Source of the DNA: Botryllus schlosseri
Lineage: Eukaryota
NCBI GenBank assembly: GCA_051294905.1
Contig: CM119371.1
Location: 32,490,001 to 32,554,000, forward strand
Direction: 5' to 3'
DNA length: 64,000 nucleotides
How positions within the stretch are numbered: position 1 is the stretch's first letter; each line of letters starts with the position of its first letter. The position numbers were made by a program, and so were the translations under genes. Below are positions 1-11,739 of the stretch, one piece after another. A model generated the notes under the pieces. It had not been told where the DNA came from. It saw only the letters and a program-made list of their open reading frames with translations, and did no database searches.

Positions 1-3000
1 TGGACGGATGCTTATGCTATCGAAAATTGGATACCTGCTGGTATGCATCAATATGAATCAAGCTCGTCACCTTTCGCATAGATCAATTTGCACCTTTTTA
101 CAATCCATGTGAACAAATTAGGATCGTTTTCACAACTACTTACTTACTTGAGTACTTTTAAAGTCCGTCAATTCTACTTCTACTTCAAGTAGTTTCAGGG
201 TTCTTATGGAAGAAGTACTTCTACTTGTACTTGAGTAGATTTTTTTGTCGCTACTTTGACCACCTCTGCTTGTGCCAAATCTAACTGTAGGATAGTAATA
301 AAAAGCCGCAAAAGACTTATATCATAAATAATATTATACATTATGTAGAAAATGCATCGTTTTTTATTATTTTAAATGGAAATTTGCAGGTGCATTTATT
401 GAAATAAGTGGTAGTGTCTTGAAAACCCGAGCTTTTGATTTGATATGAACAAGTGCTAAAATCCAATTCCACAATGATAGGTGGTGGCGAATGTAATCAA
501 TAATCCTTAATGCATCCGTTCACACCAGGCACCTAAATTGGAAAAAAGATTTTCTACTGAACGTCCAGCCTACCGATTTCCATCTAGCAGCTCATCATGA
601 AGTTATTCTTGAATAGGGGTTATGTATATTGCCAAAGAAAATCGATAACAAATGTCCACTTATAGCGACTACTCACTAATTTGCTGGGACTGACAATTAG
701 TAAACATTTCGAAGTCACCCTGATTGACCTTAGTGTTCCACCTTTTTATCTTTTCACAAACCCCGACATACCATCTTCAATAGCAATATATGTTAGTATC
801 ATTAGGCTGCTGTCAATTTATCAATTAAAATGAGTTTGCACAGTAGGATGATTCGTTTTCGACGGCCATTTTTGTAATATTGAGTCTTTAAGTTTTATCA
901 GTTATGAAGCGAATCTGTCTCGTGATTTACCTAATTGAAAAAATACAAATTAGGCGATAAAACATTTTACAAATTTGGATGTCTCGCGGGCTCCCTGAAA
1001 ATACTTCGTGGACACCGGGTTGAGAGCCACTACTCTCGTGACTCGTGAGTCTAGTCCAGGGATCGGGAACCTTTTTTGACCGGAAAGCCATATTGGCGCA
1101 ATATTTACAATCGCAAATCCGAAAGAGCCATACATATAATTCAACTGTTACGTCACAAATGAAAGTTCGTAACGTATCGGTAGCACTAATGCAGTGGTTC
1201 TCAACATGTGTTCCACGGCACGCTAGCGTGACAATTAGGTCTCGCGATGGTGCCGCGAGAAATCAAAATTGCTGTCATGGCCGCAATCAATAAACTCCGC
1301 GAATTCGCTTTACCCGACATACCGCGCACCTTGAAGGTTGAATTTAGTTGTGCAAAATACGTTGATTCATCGCAAAGAAGAGCTGATATGGCGGAGCCTG
1401 TGTAACTATGCACTTTTACAATCCTCATCGTCTTCCTAAGTAGCAGCGAGACATGAACTTAGTTGGAAGTGAGGTTCACTGGGGGTGTTCAAAAAAAAAC
1501 TTATTTTTTAAACTTTTTTCGGCTTGGTTGTCAAATCGTCAGGTTATTTAAAGAAACGTTGCACACCAAATTTGAATCAATTCCAACCAGCAGTCATTTA
1601 AATTGAAATTTCGGCCCTTTTTGAAATAATAGTATTTACGGTGACCTATTTCGTCACACCGACATGACGAAAAATCGTGTTCATGGTATGCCTGAAGAGA
1701 CGGGTATGTGCTTTCCGCTTGTTTTGATCTTGACAAGGGCCCATGGTGGCGTCTGGACGAAGACATCGCCAGTAAACGAAAAAATGGTATAACATGGATT
1801 ATCTGGAAACTAGTCCACTTCACTACGTCCTTGCATTTTGCTGCCTGTCTGAAATACAGATTGAGTGGTCATTGATTTTGAACCGATAAATGAATATACA
1901 GTTGACTATACACGCAAGAAGGCGCTGTATCGTCCACATATACGAAGAACTGCTAGACTACGTGAGTAATTGCATGGCCTCAGCTTATAGTTACCAGCCA
2001 AAATAGAGAATAGAGAAGCGAATTGATAAGATGCAATACAGTACCCATTTACAAATTGATATGATACGATTCTAGCCTGCGTAAATGGTTGGGGACTATA
2101 TAAACCAGGGGTGGGCAATTATTTTCCTTCGCGGGCCAAATGAGAACTATAAAATACCTTGGCGGGCCGAGTGAAATTGTTTACGAATATTCTCCAGCTT
2201 ATATTAATTTTGTTTCTAAACACCATTGTTAATAAATGCTGCTCAGTGAATGTGTTGATGTTAGGTAATGAGAAAGTGCCGGCTAATTGAAAAAATATTA
2301 ATTTGCCGTCGTGATTCGAAACAGTGTTAAACATGATACATTTTTAACTCTCTATAGTGATAATTTCACGCCCAAGCCCCCCTATTATGATATCACAACA
2401 TAATAAAAAGAGCAACCAGCATACTAGCAATCCCGACGGATAGTTTAATGGCATGGATGGTTGTGAATGTTGATGAGAAGTTTCTGTAATATCAAAGTCG
2501 GACAATACTCAGAGCAAAAATGTAGGGGTTAAATCGCGCGGAGCGCGAAAAAAAAATTACTTCAGCTTCACGCCTACGAGATTTATTTACGCCCCCAGTT
2601 CGAGAAACACTGCACTGAAATGCATCTGGGATAGTACAGTGGTTCCCAACCTTTTTCATCTCGTGCCTCCCTTGGCCGAAATTTGAGCCAAAATACACCC
2701 TTAGGAGAAATCTGCCCGATGATTAAAAAAGGTCATTTTTAACCGCGCAATCACCTGTTGACCGAAGCATAAGACGGGCGGCACAGAGTGTTTGTTTCTA
2801 GCAGTGCTGTAACAACACTTTGTAGACCTCCAAAAACAATGGTCTTGGTCCCAATCAAACAAATTCTGGAAGGCTTGAATCAACAGACCTCATATTTCCA
2901 TTTGTACTTTCGGCTTATCATGCACTAATCGTTTATATAACCGCTGTGAAAAATCATTATGCATAAATTTACTGGTCTCGCGATTTTTTTCTTAAGTTTG

Positions 3001-3041
3001 CGAATGCATTTGGCCAATGATATTGGTACTTTCATATACAG

Positions 3042-3795
3042 CAGGATTGAAAACACTCGAGTCGAACTCGAGTCAGCATTTTCTGATGTCTCGACTTAAC
3101 TCGACTCATATCCTCAAAATAGGGAAACGACTCGACTCGACTAGAGACAATCTGTGTATTGACTCGACTTGGAGTCATTGTACATGACTCGAACCAAGTC
3201 ATATTACTCGTTACTATAAGACGGTCAAGACCGACATTTCATTGTAATTTCGAAGAACAGTAAAGTGGCCTTCCTATCCTATTGGAATTTCGTCTATTGG
3301 TCCTGGTACTTGAAAATGCGACGGTAAACTGCTCAAATTGAAGAAAATTAGTATATTATGAATCAAAATCATTCAATATTACCAAACAGAGTTATAGAAA
3401 GTGAGTCTAACAGGACTTCAACTGGAAATTGAGCAGTCAACACAATGACTTGGACTCGGACTTGAGTCATTATACCATGAATCTGACTTGACCCTATGCT
3501 CGGTGACTTAGACCGTCGGACTTGACTCAATAGTGAATTGAAAATGACTCGACTTGATTTTCCTCCTCGCCACCTCATCCGCGTAAGCGGTGTCTTACCA
3601 AAAGTGGAAGTGGGTCGTGCTATAAGTCGGCAGTTACGGAATAAATGTGAGGAGTGTCGGTCTGGTGTGAATGGCCATAGTGGTCGAAATACACAATGAA
3701 TACCACAAACAAACAAACTCGACTTGATTCGAGTAAAAACTATTAAAGTGAGATTGACTTTTGACTTGGAGCCTCGTGACTTGGTTACAGCCCTG
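3042..3795. mobile_element. GACTCGA-rich hAT MITE (CAGGGTTGTAA family)
   Basis: Has subterminal GACTCGA arrays and right end GTTACAGCCCTG. Homologous to 23127-23684 and 63565-64000. Confidence 0.75.
3560..3716 (+). mobile_element. 5'-truncated SINE with (CAAA)n tail
   Basis: Matches the 3' part of the full SINE at 25616-25891. 13-bp TSD ACTCGACTTGATT (3547-3559 / 3717-3729). Confidence 0.88.
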
Positions 3796-5239
3796 ATATA
3801 TACCCTGATATATAACATACACGTAATCAGATTTCCTGCTTGAGCTCATTGAAATTTAGGACATTCATTCTGTTTCGGCCACATTGCACCAAGTTTAACA
3901 TGCATTTTTTCGATCGAGTTGCTGTTCACTAAAAATAAAGGCAGGCTAGCTAGCGATCTCTTTGACTTGAATTGATGGCGTTGGAATATTTTGTCACTTT
4001 ATGAAAATGTTGACTTGAAAATATAAGATAAATACTTTCGATAGAGGCCTTGTTGTGATAGATTCTGCAGGACATTTGCTCGCTTAGAATATATTTGATT
4101 GAGAGGCCGTCTCTGGCCTACAAAATTGTTTTGCGAACTGCAGCACATCTGAACTAGTTAAAAAAAAAACAAGGAACTTGTATGTGAGAAAGAGATTTCA
4201 AATAGCATTTGAACATACTTTCAGCAAAGAAAACAGCTATAAGAAGCTATACGTTCTGATATAACTGGTTGACTACATGACAGTTCGGACATGAACAATT
4301 TGGGAAATCCGTTACAATTCTAAAGTGAAATTCCTCCCTAAAAATTGCAAAATTCCCCCCAAGGGGGGAATTCCTCCCCGGTTGGGAAACACTGGGATAG
4401 TACAATGTTTGTCTTGGTTGCTGCATTCCGACCAGTTTGCAGTGCAGCTCAAAGACCCTTGATGTTAAGCGAAGTTTGTAGTTTTTCTGAAGTTCGACCT
4501 GCCTTGACCGAGTGTTTCGTGTTTTTGTCATAATAAAATCCATATTCTCGGCACTATACTCGGCAAAAACTAAAAAGGGCGGGTTTATCCCTATCTCCAG
4601 TATACAAATATTTAGTGCTCTTCTAAACCTTCTGTGAGTTTCGGCTTTTGGCTTTCTCTTTTTGACATGTTCGTTCATCCTTTATAGGTGATAGATATGA
4701 TGAGTCATAGCAGTAGCGAGCACCGAATGACTTGTTTTTCGAATTAGGGATTTGAAAACGCCTCAAGTAACAATTTGAATCACGTACCGTATAATGCGCA
4801 ATATGACAATGGCAACAAAGAAGGTTCGACTCAAGCTTTATGAAAATAGTGATTTCTTGTGAATTCGATTGATACTCATGCTTTGCCACATTGCATTTAT
4901 TTTGAATCTTAATACGCATGCGAGGTACGTATATACTATATAGGCAGGGTAATCGTGGCGTATTAATGATCATACTTCAAAATAAACGAATTTCCTGTTT
5001 AGTTCATACATCCTATAGCTTTAGTCCACGCATAAACATTCAAAATGCAGGTTTATTGTTGCGGATTTTGAGCAACCTTTCGCGGGCCGCATTTGGCCCG
5101 CGGGCCGCACTTTGCCCAGGCCTGATATAAACTATATTCGAATAGAATTTAAATAAAACAAGAGGTTTGGTTAACGTACGAACAGAGAACAGAAATATAC
5201 ATTTTGCTCTTAAATTACTTTGCTATATTAGTTTACGAC

Positions 5240-5626
5240 TACGGCTGGGCACAACGATTCGAGTACTCGAATCTGAATCGAATATTTTTTTTAATGATTC
5301 GAGTCGAGTACTAAGACGCGATATTTTAGAGTAGTGAAAATATACGCTCTACGCCAGTGAAAGTTAATTTATCAACGACGATTATAGTTTCGATACTAGT
5401 TCCCACTTCGGATGGCTGCAAACCTTGATTGGCCATATGGCAGCATACGAAACATAGTACAAAGTTAGTAACTTGATTGGAATTAACATATTTCTGAAGA
5501 CATGAATAACCCACAACCCGCCACAAAGTGCAATGAAATCGATCCGGTCGAGAACATACCAAATAATCTCGAATACTCGACTTGACGCAGAATACATGAA
5601 TTCAGAATCGAATCACTCAGGCCCTA
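5240..5626. mobile_element. hAT-type MITE
   Basis: Ends are TACGGCTGGGC and CAGGCCCTA, with a perfect TSD TTTACGAC (5232-5239 / 5627-5634). A single TTTACGAC is present at the homologous empty site near 49004. Confidence 0.85.
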
Positions 5627-5949
5627 TTTACGACAATAAACTGTATGCTTCGATCACCTCGTTTGCGGTCAATTTATTTGTGTGGGAACAATGGAGGCTC
5701 ACTAAAACGCGCGATCATTGAATTATTGGTCGCTCTCACAGGTTACACCAGCGTTTCGCGAACATTCCGAACATATGCAAGAGACAGTGATTTTTATCGA
5801 CACCGATTACTTGATGACTTGAAAGTGACTCGTGAATTTTGCTCCAAGTCACGAGTCAATTCACATTTCTGATAATTTCTGTCAAGTCATGCCTCGAGTC
5901 ATCCCAACACAGGTAGACAGTAGTACAAATGTAGTAAAAATGCGACACA

Positions 5950-6600
5950 CTGAGGAAAATAATGCACCCCAATTTGAAATCGAGTGCGCCAGACAAGTTT
6001 CACATAGAGCTGCGTTGCGTACAACTGTAGTTTCGCGTTCTCCATGTCATACATACCCGTAATACCTTAGCATACTAAACTGAAAGTTGCATTCTTTTTG
6101 ATGTGTGAGTATACGGTTTGGTGAGCTCATCTCATTAACTCGCGAGTCACAATATGGATGATTCAAGATAATAGGGCATAGCTAGGAGCAGCATATACTA
6201 ATGTGACGAGCGATAATGGGCTCACTCTCATGATAGTTTTGGAGCCCGTTTTCCAAGCCACCTGGCGGAAGCGTATAAAACAAGGATGTGGGTTTGGCAA
6301 CCTTTCAGGGGCTTCCAGAACGTTTTGCCAAATTGCCAAAAACGTATTGTACCAGCATGCATTTCTGTTGCCGGAAAATACGCTGTGTTTTGGATGGGAG
6401 TGCTGGATAGTTCTTATAGAGGAGACCTTGCACTCTAAACACTAGAAGTTCTTGTGCAAAATCCAACAATGTAGTTTGCTGAAAAGTCCGTGTGCACTAA
6501 AGCTGAAACAAAAACGAGAGTAAAGTGTTGTCCTTTTAATGAGACATTTATTGGCCTCAATTAGTAGCCGAATACTCTTCATTTTCTCCATTTCTTTGTG
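5950..6600 (+). pseudogene. Decayed Buster/Charlie-type hAT transposase, C-terminal part
   Basis: Manual translation near 6370-6545 gives KYAVFWMGVLDSSYRGDLAL*TLEVLVQNPTM*FAEKS..KTR, resembling the Buster/Charlie FW...L..FPTTYL.EKGFS...KTK.R motif. Homologous to 56340-56720. Confidence 0.6.
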
Positions 6601-7233
6601 TGAAGGATTTTGTTTTGCAAACAAAGCGCAGATAATGCGCAACAAGGTTGAAAAAGCACAGTACTGAACTTATCGCGACTATAACTTTTCGATTGCGAAT
6701 CTAAGCCGAGCTACTGTCGTGAACGATGCATGTTGTATCGTACACTACACAAAATACTGGTTGTCTTAGACAAAAAATAGATGAGCAAACTAAATATTGC
6801 CAAGTTTCATTATAAGTACTTTTGCGAACACACCGCACGAAATCATTATACATTTCATAAAGCATGACGTCATAGACATTTTTAATTGTGAAATCTTGTA
6901 TGATATCGAGTGGTCATTTAAAGGCGAAAGGGTGTGATCTTCTTCTGTGCAGTAGCATTATCCTCAACGTGACACCTCACATTGGATGGCTTTACCGCCT
7001 AGGGATTAGGCTCAGGTATTTCATCATGAAACCGATCCGCAGAGCAGAAAGGGTTATCGGTAGTGTTGGTGTGAACCTCGCGTTCTGTGTGTGAACCTCA
7101 CAAATTTAGAGGTTCACGTTCACAAACTAACCTTGGCAGGTTCTGCTCTGTGAACCTTTTTCATATATTACAATTTTCACTTCAATATAACATCTTTAGT
7201 TGAAATTTATTGAATTTCAACTGTGAGCTACTA

Positions 7234-8609
7234 GGGGAGACCGGGGACAATTGTAACACTTTTCGTATTTTCCAACATTACGTGTTTTTCTCGTGGAAAT
7301 TTCACTTCCAAAGTTTTATATAAAGAAGCCAACAACTCGATAGTTGATATGAAAACTAAATTGGAACTCAATCAACAATCAATCATGGAAATTTTGGGTC
7401 GCAAAAATCGCTACTCAAATGTTACAATCGCCCCGTACCCAGGGGCAATTGTACCACCCTTGCGGGGCAATTGTAACAGTGTTATTTATAACTAAACAGA
7501 ATCTAAATGAACAACGAAAACGGAAGCACAATATGTAATATTGCGTGAATCTAAAGGAAGAGACGTTTGAACGCTTCCAGGCTACGCCCCATCGCATTTA
7601 TGGCATCTGAATGCAATATCACCCTTCGTGTCTTGTTCAAGCTTAAAGTGTACAAGAGACACATTCATTCCATCATCTCCCTACACATATTCGGCCTCTT
7701 CTACCAAGGTTCTGTTGTTCAGTGGGCATAATGGGTTGGTCATTCGGTCACCTGCGAAGGTGCGAAACCGACCTGGCTCACATATCTTGGTTGAATGGGC
7801 CGATGATATTATAGTAAAACGAGGACGCAACATTGTGTGGCGTCAAAGCTATAATGACATTTATCTGTGCTGTAGAAAATTAACATAAATTGTTCACATC
7901 AAATATCAAAATGTAAGTGGGCCATGATCATAGTCAGAGGACGAGAATTAAGCCATGAATATTGAAGTTCGACACACCAAAAGTCGATCAACATGAGAAA
8001 GGGTGGTTGAATCACGAACATAACCGAACCGTCAGATTCACATCACCACTATTGTATGGCCGTTTCGCCAGATGATCATGTTAGAATTGGTATCGCAAGG
8101 CAGTATCTGCTCTGTTGAACTTCTGGCTGTTGCAAGATTATTCTGCAGTAGATAAATGGTATTACCAACATATGAACAAAGACATTCAGAATTGATAACA
8201 TATTGTAACGGGGCAAAAGTAACAGAGTGTTACGATTGCCCCTGACACGCTCGACCATGATTAGCGTCTCAGTATGGTACCTTCCCGGCGATGCAAGTCC
8301 TATTATTTCCATCACCACGGTAGACTATAGTAACATTGTTCCAGCTACACATATTACGTTGTAACTACTTGAGGTACTATTCGTCTAGACAAATTATTCC
8401 AGACCAGAAAAACTTTACTCAAGGGTCAAAAATTTAGTTTTTTACAAATTATTCCGGGGTTTCGCATCGTAGCTCAACGTAACTCCAGGTATAATAGGAG
8501 AGATAACTACTGCATGCGCACTTAAAATATCAAGCTGATTTCTCCATCCTACTAGCGGTGAGGTCGATTGTTACATTTGCCCCTAGTTACATTTGTCCCC
8601 GGTCTCCAC
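7234..8609. mobile_element. Tc1/mariner/pogo-type non-autonomous element, copy 1
   Basis: TIR is GGGGAGACCGGGGACAA, preceded by TA, with right end TTGTCCCCGGTCTCCAC. Nearly identical to 18963-20623. Confidence 0.9.
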
Positions 8610-10239
8610 TTCAAAATCAACAATAAACGAGCATGCACCTTGGAAATTTCAAAAATTTCACATGCTTTGTTACAAAAGTTTGCTCGTAATATCCAGCTTT
8701 TCGTTTGTGAATATTAAGTGAATTTCTGGTGTGAGCGTGACCGGCAATCACACAACCTCAAGAGCGAAAATGCACCACTTGCACGTAGCCACAAACACCA
8801 AATCCCTGCGATTGGGGTGTTGGCCACTGTTGTATAACTTGTTAATGGAGTAATGTCGGTAGCAAAACCCGTTTTACACTTTGATCAATATCAACGTAGC
8901 AATACTCAGACGCCGATTACATTGTCCGGTCTGGCTTACAACGTTAAGGCGTAAGCTTGAATTACCTTGCAAGTCCCCGTCGAAATTGTTTGCAAAGCGA
9001 CGGAAGATATTGACTTCATGGGTTTATTATATCATTTGATTGCCCCAGTTGATACATTTGGCGACGTTCAAAACGTCAATATGTACTTCAGCATTGTGAC
9101 ATGATGTGGTCCGAGTGGTCGCTAGGTAGCCTATCGTGTAGGCCTACATCTACAATAATATAGGCTATCACTTCACTGAAATGTAGGGTTAAAATTAGCA
9201 AAATTACGTCACGTAACGACATAAGGTTGACGTTCGCGTTCACACAGAACCTTTCAGAGGTTCACACCATCCCAAGTTGTCGGTCCCTGTTCTAATTTAT
9301 AGTCTATTTTGTTGCGTGCTATGAGTCCTTCAACGGTTTAAATGTTCAAATTCTTTTTCTATTCACAAACTCTTCGACTTACCAATGACTTTACACATTG
9401 CAACATTGAGCATGAGCAATAATATGCACGTCCACGCGCAGGAAGTTTGCTATGACTAGAGTTGGTCATAAACGAAATACTACTTTTCAAACTACTTTGA
9501 CAACCTCAGGCTATGACTTAAATCAGGACTTCAGTAGGTGCATTGGGATGCCGTGGACTCATTCTTCACTCAGCTTCTTGCCTCTATGCACAAACACAGT
9601 GCAAATGATACAACACGATTCTTCAAGTTGGATTGTATTCGAACATGTTTTCCTCAAATATTAAATCGACGATATCGTACACCATAACAACAAATATCCG
9701 TAAGAGCAGTAGCCTGACACAATAGCTCGTCCAAAAAGGTATAGTTTTCCAACGTAGATTGCAAGCGACGCATTCTTTAACTTTTATTCGAATCCACCAA
9801 AATTTCCAAAGGGTCAATTAGTCGGATTAATATACTTGAGAAATGTCATCCACAATGTCCTGATTTCAAAAACTACAGCTATCAATACAAAACCAGGTGA
9901 TAGAGCACATACTAATGAAAAAACTTTTGTCCGCAGTTTCTCACTCACGAAACAACAACTGCTGGATAAACATTGTTAGGCGTTCAAACGCAGAAGCTGA
10001 ATTCCAAATACACAGATATCATAGGAGGCGTCACAACTATAACTGTCACTTGGAGAAGTATTAAGCACAGCTTGCTACCAGATACCTACGACAATTGTAC
10101 ACGTGAATACACAATGCATGCAACCATACGGCAATGAATTTACGTCAGGAAATATTCGAGAACAAAATCGACTCATTGTTCAGAAATGAAAAAAAACCGT
10201 ACGATTTCCAAATACTTGAAAGTAATGTAGGTTAATGAG

Positions 10240-10536
10240 GTCACCCTTGAAGTAACCCTATGCAGTATATGCTCTACCACATACTTTAATTCCTGATTGT
10301 TGATGCCAGTATGCATATTCATATGTCGCCTGAGGTTATTCTTCTGCGTGAATGCTATTCACTTTTTTTTGATGCCTGAATGCATATCCATATGAAGCTT
10401 GAGGTAGTGGCCACCCTTTATAGAAAATGCTTTCCCATACAGATTTCATTCATTTCATTCATCCCCGCATTTATTCTAATATGTCACCTAAGGTTTTTTT
10501 CTGAGTGAAGATTGTCCCACATACATCACGTTTATG
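10240..10536 (-). pseudogene. Degenerate C2H2 fingers downstream of the stop of ZNF array 1
   Basis: An in-frame TAA replaces a linker codon and is followed by HKRDVCGTIFTQ and frameshifted finger remnants. Its end is homologous to the end and 3' flank of the 33662 exon. Confidence 0.8.
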
Positions 10537-11739
10537 TTATTTGACGCGGGCATGCATATCCATATGTGACTTGAGGTGAGCCTTCCTAGCAAATGCCTTC
10601 CCACATACATAACATTTGTGGTTTTTGACGCCCGCGTGCATATCCATATGATGTCCAAGGTGATGCTTTCTAGTAAATGCTTTCCCACATACATCACACT
10701 CATGGTTTTTGACGCCGGCATGCATATTCATATGACGCTTGAGGTTGCATTTCCAAGTAAATGCTTTCCCACACACATCACATTTATAAATTTTAATTCC
10801 AGCATGCATATCCATATGAAGCTTGAGGTTACCATTTCCAGTAAATGCTTTCCCACATACATCACACTCATGATTTTTGATGCCAGCATGTATATTCATA
10901 TGATGGCTGATGGTATTCTTATCAAAGAATGCTTTCCCACATACATCACATTTTTGGTTTTTGACGCCGGCGTGCATATCCATATGAGGCTTTAGGGAAA
11001 GCTTCCAAGCGAATGCCTTCCCACATACGTCACATTCATATTTTTTGAAGCCTGCGTGCATATCCATATGATGCTTGAGATGATCCTTTCTAGTAAATGC
11101 TTTCCCACATACATCACACTCATGGTTTTTGATGCCAGCATGTATAACCATGTGTCGCCTTAGGCTACTTTTATCAGTAAATGCCTTCCCACATATATCA
11201 CATTTATGTTTTTGGACACCGGCATGCATATCCATATGACGCTTGAGGTCACGCTTTCGAATAAATGCTTTCCCACATACATCACATTCATGATTTTTGA
11301 TGCCAGCATGTATATTCATATGATGCCTGAGGGCACTTTTATAGGTAAATGCTCTCCCACATCGATTACACTCATGGTTTTTGATGCCAGCATGTATAAC
11401 CATGTGTCGCCGTAGGCTACTTTTATCTATAACTGCCTTCCCACATATGTCACATTTATGTTTTTTGACGTCGGCATGCATATCCATATGACGCTTCATG
11501 TCATATTTCCGAGTAAATGCTTTCCCACACACATCACATATATAAACTTTGATGCCAGCATGGATATCCATATGAAGCTTGAGGTCACCCTTTCGAGTAA
11601 ATGCCTTCCCACATACATCACTCTCATGACTTTTAATGCCAGCGTGCATATCCATATGAAGCTTGAGTTTACTCTGCCTAATAAATGGTTTACCACATAC
11701 ATCACATTCATGATTTTTGACGCCGGTGTGCATATCCAT
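10537..11739 (-). CDS. Tandem C2H2 zinc-finger array 1 (14 x 28-aa units, one with Cys->Ser); 5'-truncated, possibly a pseudogene
   Basis: 400-aa ORF of repeated C-x2-C-GKAF-x5-L-x2-H-x3-H units. The upstream in-frame sequence is a half finger (SGNFNIH) preceded by TGA at 11764-11766. Confidence 0.85.
   Translation of the reverse strand: MDMHTGVKNHECDVCGKPFIRQSKLKLHMDMHAGIKSHESDVCGKAFTRKGDLKLHMDIHAGIKVYICDVCGKAFTRKYDMKRHMDMHADVKKHKCDICGKAVIDKSSLRRHMVIHAGIKNHECNRCGRAFTYKSALRHHMNIHAGIKNHECDVCGKAFIRKRDLKRHMDMHAGVQKHKCDICGKAFTDKSSLRRHMVIHAGIKNHECDVCGKAFTRKDHLKHHMDMHAGFKKYECDVCGKAFAWKLSLKPHMDMHAGVKNQKCDVCGKAFFDKNTISHHMNIHAGIKNHECDVCGKAFTGNGNLKLHMDMHAGIKIYKCDVCGKAFTWKCNLKRHMNMHAGVKNHECDVCGKAFTRKHHLGHHMDMHAGVKNHKCYVCGKAFARKAHLKSHMDMHARVK

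Larger units (their letters stand above)
2637..4394. mobile_element. hAT-type non-autonomous element (CAGTGGTTCCCAACC family)
   Basis: TIRs are CAGTGGTTCCCAACC and GGTTGGGAAACACTG, with a perfect TSD GGATAGTA (2629-2636 / 4395-4402). A close relative starts at 63165. Confidence 0.92.
2106..5124. mobile_element. hAT-type non-autonomous DNA transposon carrying nested insertions
   Basis: Ends are CAGGGGTGGGCAA and TTGCCCAGGCCTG, with a perfect 8-bp TSD ATATAAAC (2098-2105 / 5125-5132). A homologous empty site lies near 48933-48940. A reverse copy of the family is at 38536-40103. Confidence 0.9.

Noticed and set aside
8076..8318. 80-aa ORF repeated at 20090-20332
   Set aside because: It lies inside two near-identical MITE copies and has no recognisable domain.
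9100..9130. GTGGTCCGAGTGGT tRNA A-box-like motif
   Set aside because: No B box or cloverleaf follows.
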